Shown in pieces: positions 61,501-64,000 of a DNA stretch of 64,000 bases. The notes beneath the pieces are model-generated. The model did not search any database and was not told where the DNA came from. It was given only the letters and a program-made list of their open reading frames with translations. Position 1 is the first letter of the stretch. Every line of letters starts with the position of its first letter. Made by a program: the position numbers and the translations under genes. The stretch is from Planctomycetota bacterium (GTDB lineage Bacteria; Planctomycetota; UBA8108; SXIK01), in NCBI GenBank assembly GCA_965223845.1, contig CBDCXR010000004.1:2400001-2464000 (forward strand), in the 5' to 3' direction.

Positions 61501-62772
61501 GGACGTGCCCAGCGCTGGGGCCTCGAGGACGGGACCCTCAGTAGCGAACTGCGCGGTGAAGGCAGGTTTGAAGACGCTACTTGGTTCTTCTCACCGGATG
61601 GCCAGCACGCATTTCTCGTCTCTAAATCCAGTGACCGGCTCGATGTCGACGTCGATGTGTACTCGTTCTCTAAGCCTGAGTTAGTTAAGAGTCTCAAATC
61701 GGTGGGGTTCGGTGCGCACGTGTCGAGTTCACCGACTGGTGACCGATTCTTGATTCTGCGGTTTGGTTACCATTCGCTCAGCGTACACGAGACAGCGACC
61801 GGTGAAAGGATCCGAGAACTGACCGGTCATACAGATACCGTGTGGAGCGCAGTCTTCTCTGGCGACGGGCGTTGGATCGTCACCGCGTCTAAAGACGGAA
61901 CTGCTCGCTTGTATTCGACGACGGATGCGTCCGAAGATCGCGTGTTTCGGGGGCACGAGGCGCCGATCACGACTGCACACGTCGACTACAGCGGAACTCG
62001 CATCGTCACCCGTTCGCCGGGAGATCATTCTAGTCGCTTGTGGGACGCTCGGACGACCGAAGAGATCGATCATCTCGAGTACGAGGCATGGTTTCGCGCC
62101 GAGTTCGGTCGGACCGGACAATACTTGTTCGTCCACTACCAATCGGGCATCGTTCAAGTCGTCAACGCCCGCACCGGCGATCCCGTCCTCTCGCTCGGGG
62201 ACAAAGATGACCCGATACGAATCATGGACTTCACCGATGACGAGCAATGGTTGCTCACCGCAACGCAGAGCGGCGTCGTCCAGCTCTCCCCCACCGACCC
62301 CGCCGCCTACGCCCGGCAATTCAACCCCCGCGAGCTCTCCTACGTCGAACGCGTTCGCCACCAAGTCGGCACGCCCGAAGAGCGCGAGGAGTACCGCCGA
62401 ACGTCTTCCTTTCGGCTGCACATTCAGGAGCTCAGACTCATCGCGAAATCGATCGCGGAGCCGAACGACTCCCCGGGGCGCGTTCTCCCGGTGTTGCGCC
62501 GGCGGCTGAAAGATATCACCGATCTCCTCGCCGAGGACTTCCCCGTCGATAAGGAGATCCCGCGCGTCGCGGCCTTTGAAGCAAAGGTCGTCCTCGAGCG
62601 CGATGGAACACCGGATCCCGAAGCGCTCCAGCTTCTCGCCACGATCCAGGAAGCGGCCGGTGATCTCGACGGTGCAGTGGATTCGCTCGAAACCGCGGCG
62701 AAGGATTCCGACGCGCCCGCGGAGATCAAGACGAAGCTCGAGGAGCTTCGCGCCGCACGAGTTCGTGACTAG
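58594..62772 (+). CDS. Ser/Thr protein kinase with a WD40 propeller and a C-terminal TPR-like tail
   Basis: LGRGGMG.V, HRDLKPAN, MDWGLAK and GTPMYMPPEQ; GH..WD repeats. Confidence 0.92.
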   Translation: MSPDPLERLRGQINEELARLCDEHPERSGEFTTFGHGVVAILDRLADSLAGDVDRTVSLAPADAAALDTISTPAGAGSYEERSELGRGGMGVVLEVWDQRIQRPLAMKVLLNEGGAVSGSNTTSGVVARFLREARITGQLSHPGIVPVHEIGKDPAGRVYFTMQVVAGKSLKEELTDARSESETSAPTRFLGVLVRVCETLSFAHSRGVIHRDLKPANIMVGRFGEVYLMDWGLAKVIRETDELFGVTELDPGSGAASESSAVEMTIDGAVIGTPMYMPPEQAMGHIDVLDERSDVYSLGAILYELIAERAPYRDQEGLSSPMEIVDAVRTGPPTALHRVRANTPPELLAICEKAMARGPDDRYQSAEEMREDLRAFLDNRVVEAYRTGALVELRKWIARNRSEAAAIGAAAAIAIAAFVSVAWVQSRRATDLEEYSRGVEEARGRTEQALREEEAAHRRSQGLYLAAQSTRVESENPGLALRLALESHRELPSVFANSSILRSLRVSHEISDSAFGLDPKGSPPQLSPRGDRFAYARTDGAVVVADFESGATVSLLVDQGRRLDQLTFHPDGQRIATSSSDGTACVWDAESGRLLTRFTGHLDDGDEPFVASIAFSPDGSQAVSAGRGVARIWRPDTGEEIRKLRGHDAAELIHGAVYSPDGSLIVTHSHDRTARIYNTAVVDLGAVIARHEGWISTALFDPTGRFVLTLDDERNRKPTPSMRRILRVWNVLEGREEEPRRHEEKIVGACFTPDGRKIISATSDGIFIWDTDSGECTTVNPLGGGIPSCIAIRGDGAQLLEGRSDGTVRIWDLESIAVARVLRAHDSRITSALFTRDGRGVLTSSFDGTVRAWRTNRHHELSATRVGGEPRFAEVSADGRLMVAAVLNARSATVSSVGDPRPSIVLDHAANIAGVELRAEQNTVVTWDKEKTARVWDIESGRLRSTIGPVSTRSVSRDARFLMGIGSDGRAQRWGLEDGTLSSELRGEGRFEDATWFFSPDGQHAFLVSKSSDRLDVDVDVYSFSKPELVKSLKSVGFGAHVSSSPTGDRFLILRFGYHSLSVHETATGERIRELTGHTDTVWSAVFSGDGRWIVTASKDGTARLYSTTDASEDRVFRGHEAPITTAHVDYSGTRIVTRSPGDHSSRLWDARTTEEIDHLEYEAWFRAEFGRTGQYLFVHYQSGIVQVVNARTGDPVLSLGDKDDPIRIMDFTDDEQWLLTATQSGVVQLSPTDPAAYARQFNPRELSYVERVRHQVGTPEEREEYRRTSSFRLHIQELRLIAKSIAEPNDSPGRVLPVLRRRLKDITDLLAEDFPVDKEIPRVAAFEAKVVLERDGTPDPEALQLLATIQEAAGDLDGAVDSLETAAKDSDAPAEIKTKLEELRAARVRD

Positions 62773-62805
62773 CGAACGGCGCGTCCCAGTCGCGCGCAAC
62801 GTTCG

Positions 62806-64000
62806 TCAGAGCACCGAGCGAAACACCGCGCGCCAAGTCTCCGCGATTCCCCGCCAGCGATAGTCTTCGCTCGTGACGCGATCGAACGCCTTCCGTTCGA
62901 AATCGTCGCGGTGAGCGGAGTCACGGTAGAGCCGCTCGAGCGCGGCCGCGACATCGTCCGGTGAGACGATGTGGAGATCGAGCCCCGAGGGATCGGTCAG
63001 CGTCAACAGAGTCGGAATCGTCTCGCCGGCGCCGTCCCAGATCTCGCCGAGGTTCCCATGCGCGGGAACGATCTGTGCCGCGCGCGTCGCCGCATGCTCG
63101 CATGAGACGAGTCCCCATCCCTCGGCGGCGGCGGTGTTGAGCCCGACGTCGCAAGCGTTGTAAATCAGATTCAGCTCGCCGTCGGTGCAGCTCGGCGGTC
63201 CGTCCGACTCGCCCGTCATGATGAGGCGCTCGTCGAGTCGGTGGCGACGGACGAGCTCGAGCACCTCCCAGCCGTGATCTTTCCGCCCCATGTGGAGGTA
63301 GAGCTTCACGGACGGATCCTTGTCGCGCGCGAATCGCGCGAAGCTCTCGACGGTGAGATCGATCCGTTTCCGCGGCTGGTTCCGGTTCGCGTTGAGAACG
63401 ACGAACGACATCTCGCCGGCTGCTTCTGCGCCGAGGAGCTTCACTCGCGCCCTGCGCCTAACCGCCGCGCGATCGGGCTCGTTCGGCTCGAGCGGATGGA
63501 ACGTGTCCCCATCGATCCCGTGCGGGACGACGTCGAGCTCGGGAAAATCGTCCCACTCGTTCGCCCCTCTGATCTCCGCGCGAGCCCGCTCGACCGCGCG
63601 GCGCCCGAACTCCGTATACAATACGAGCCGCGTCGCGCCGCGAATCTGATGCGCGAGGCGGGTATCGACCGGCGCCGATTCGACCGGGCAATACGCGACG
63701 AACGGAACATCGCGACGAGCGTTCGCCACCTCGCGGACGTACTTCACCACGTTCGAGAGATCTCCGACCGCGAAGACGAGATCCGGCTCGACTCGCCCGC
63801 AAACCTCTTTCACGCGGTTCACCCCGAACGGATCGCCGCGGCCGTTCGCCGGGTAGAGATTCCACGGCCAGTCGTGAGGATCGCCGAAATAGTTCACCGC
63901 GAGCTGGTGTACGGCGAACGCGTCGAGAAGCGGCTCGAGTACGTTTCGCACCACTCGGGCGTATCCCGTCAGTACACCGCCATCGCCGATCGCTAGAATC
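62806..64000 (-). CDS. Glycosyltransferase family 4 (GT-B); start lies beyond the window end
   Basis: The frame is open to the window edge (ILAIGDGGVLTGYARV); VVPHGID, NRNQPRKR and EGWGL motifs. Confidence 0.88.
   Translation of the reverse strand, partial: ILAIGDGGVLTGYARVVRNVLEPLLDAFAVHQLAVNYFGDPHDWPWNLYPANGRGDPFGVNRVKEVCGRVEPDLVFAVGDLSNVVKYVREVANARRDVPFVAYCPVESAPVDTRLAHQIRGATRLVLYTEFGRRAVERARAEIRGANEWDDFPELDVVPHGIDGDTFHPLEPNEPDRAAVRRRARVKLLGAEAAGEMSFVVLNANRNQPRKRIDLTVESFARFARDKDPSVKLYLHMGRKDHGWEVLELVRRHRLDERLIMTGESDGPPSCTDGELNLIYNACDVGLNTAAAEGWGLVSCEHAATRAAQIVPAHGNLGEIWDGAGETIPTLLTLTDPSGLDLHIVSPDDVAAALERLYRDSAHRDDFERKAFDRVTSEDYRWRGIAETWRAVFRSVL

Overview
High-GC bacterial DNA whose gene content (sulfatases, DUF1080, PQQ-like propeller, FxRGDxNxDG dockerin-like proteins, a membrane-anchored ECF sigma factor, a kinase-WD40 protein) points to a planctomycete. 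That assignment is an inference. The window holds a 5'-truncated sulfatase fusion, a complete rrf2-sufBCDS-sufU-sufT operon, a kinase/ATPase/TPR/sigma54-activator fusion and a wzm/wzt glycan export cluster with sulfo-, glycosyl- and methyltransferases. It also holds three secreted cohesin/dockerin-like proteins (one with a dikinase module), a TetR-thioredoxin unit with two palindromic operators, uronate catabolism genes and two ~185-bp MITE-like elements whose central cores are inverted relative to each other. The best candidate for an undescribed system is at 51.5-57.6 kb. There a membrane-embedded patatin-like phospholipase is divergently transcribed from a small helical protein and a TIR-SLOG protein, and the small protein is a stand-alone copy of the phospholipase's N-terminal domain. 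This suggests a Thoeris-like defence or conflict system coupled through a homotypic adaptor. No rRNA, tRNA or CRISPR array was found. All family calls come from motif recognition by eye, not from database searches.
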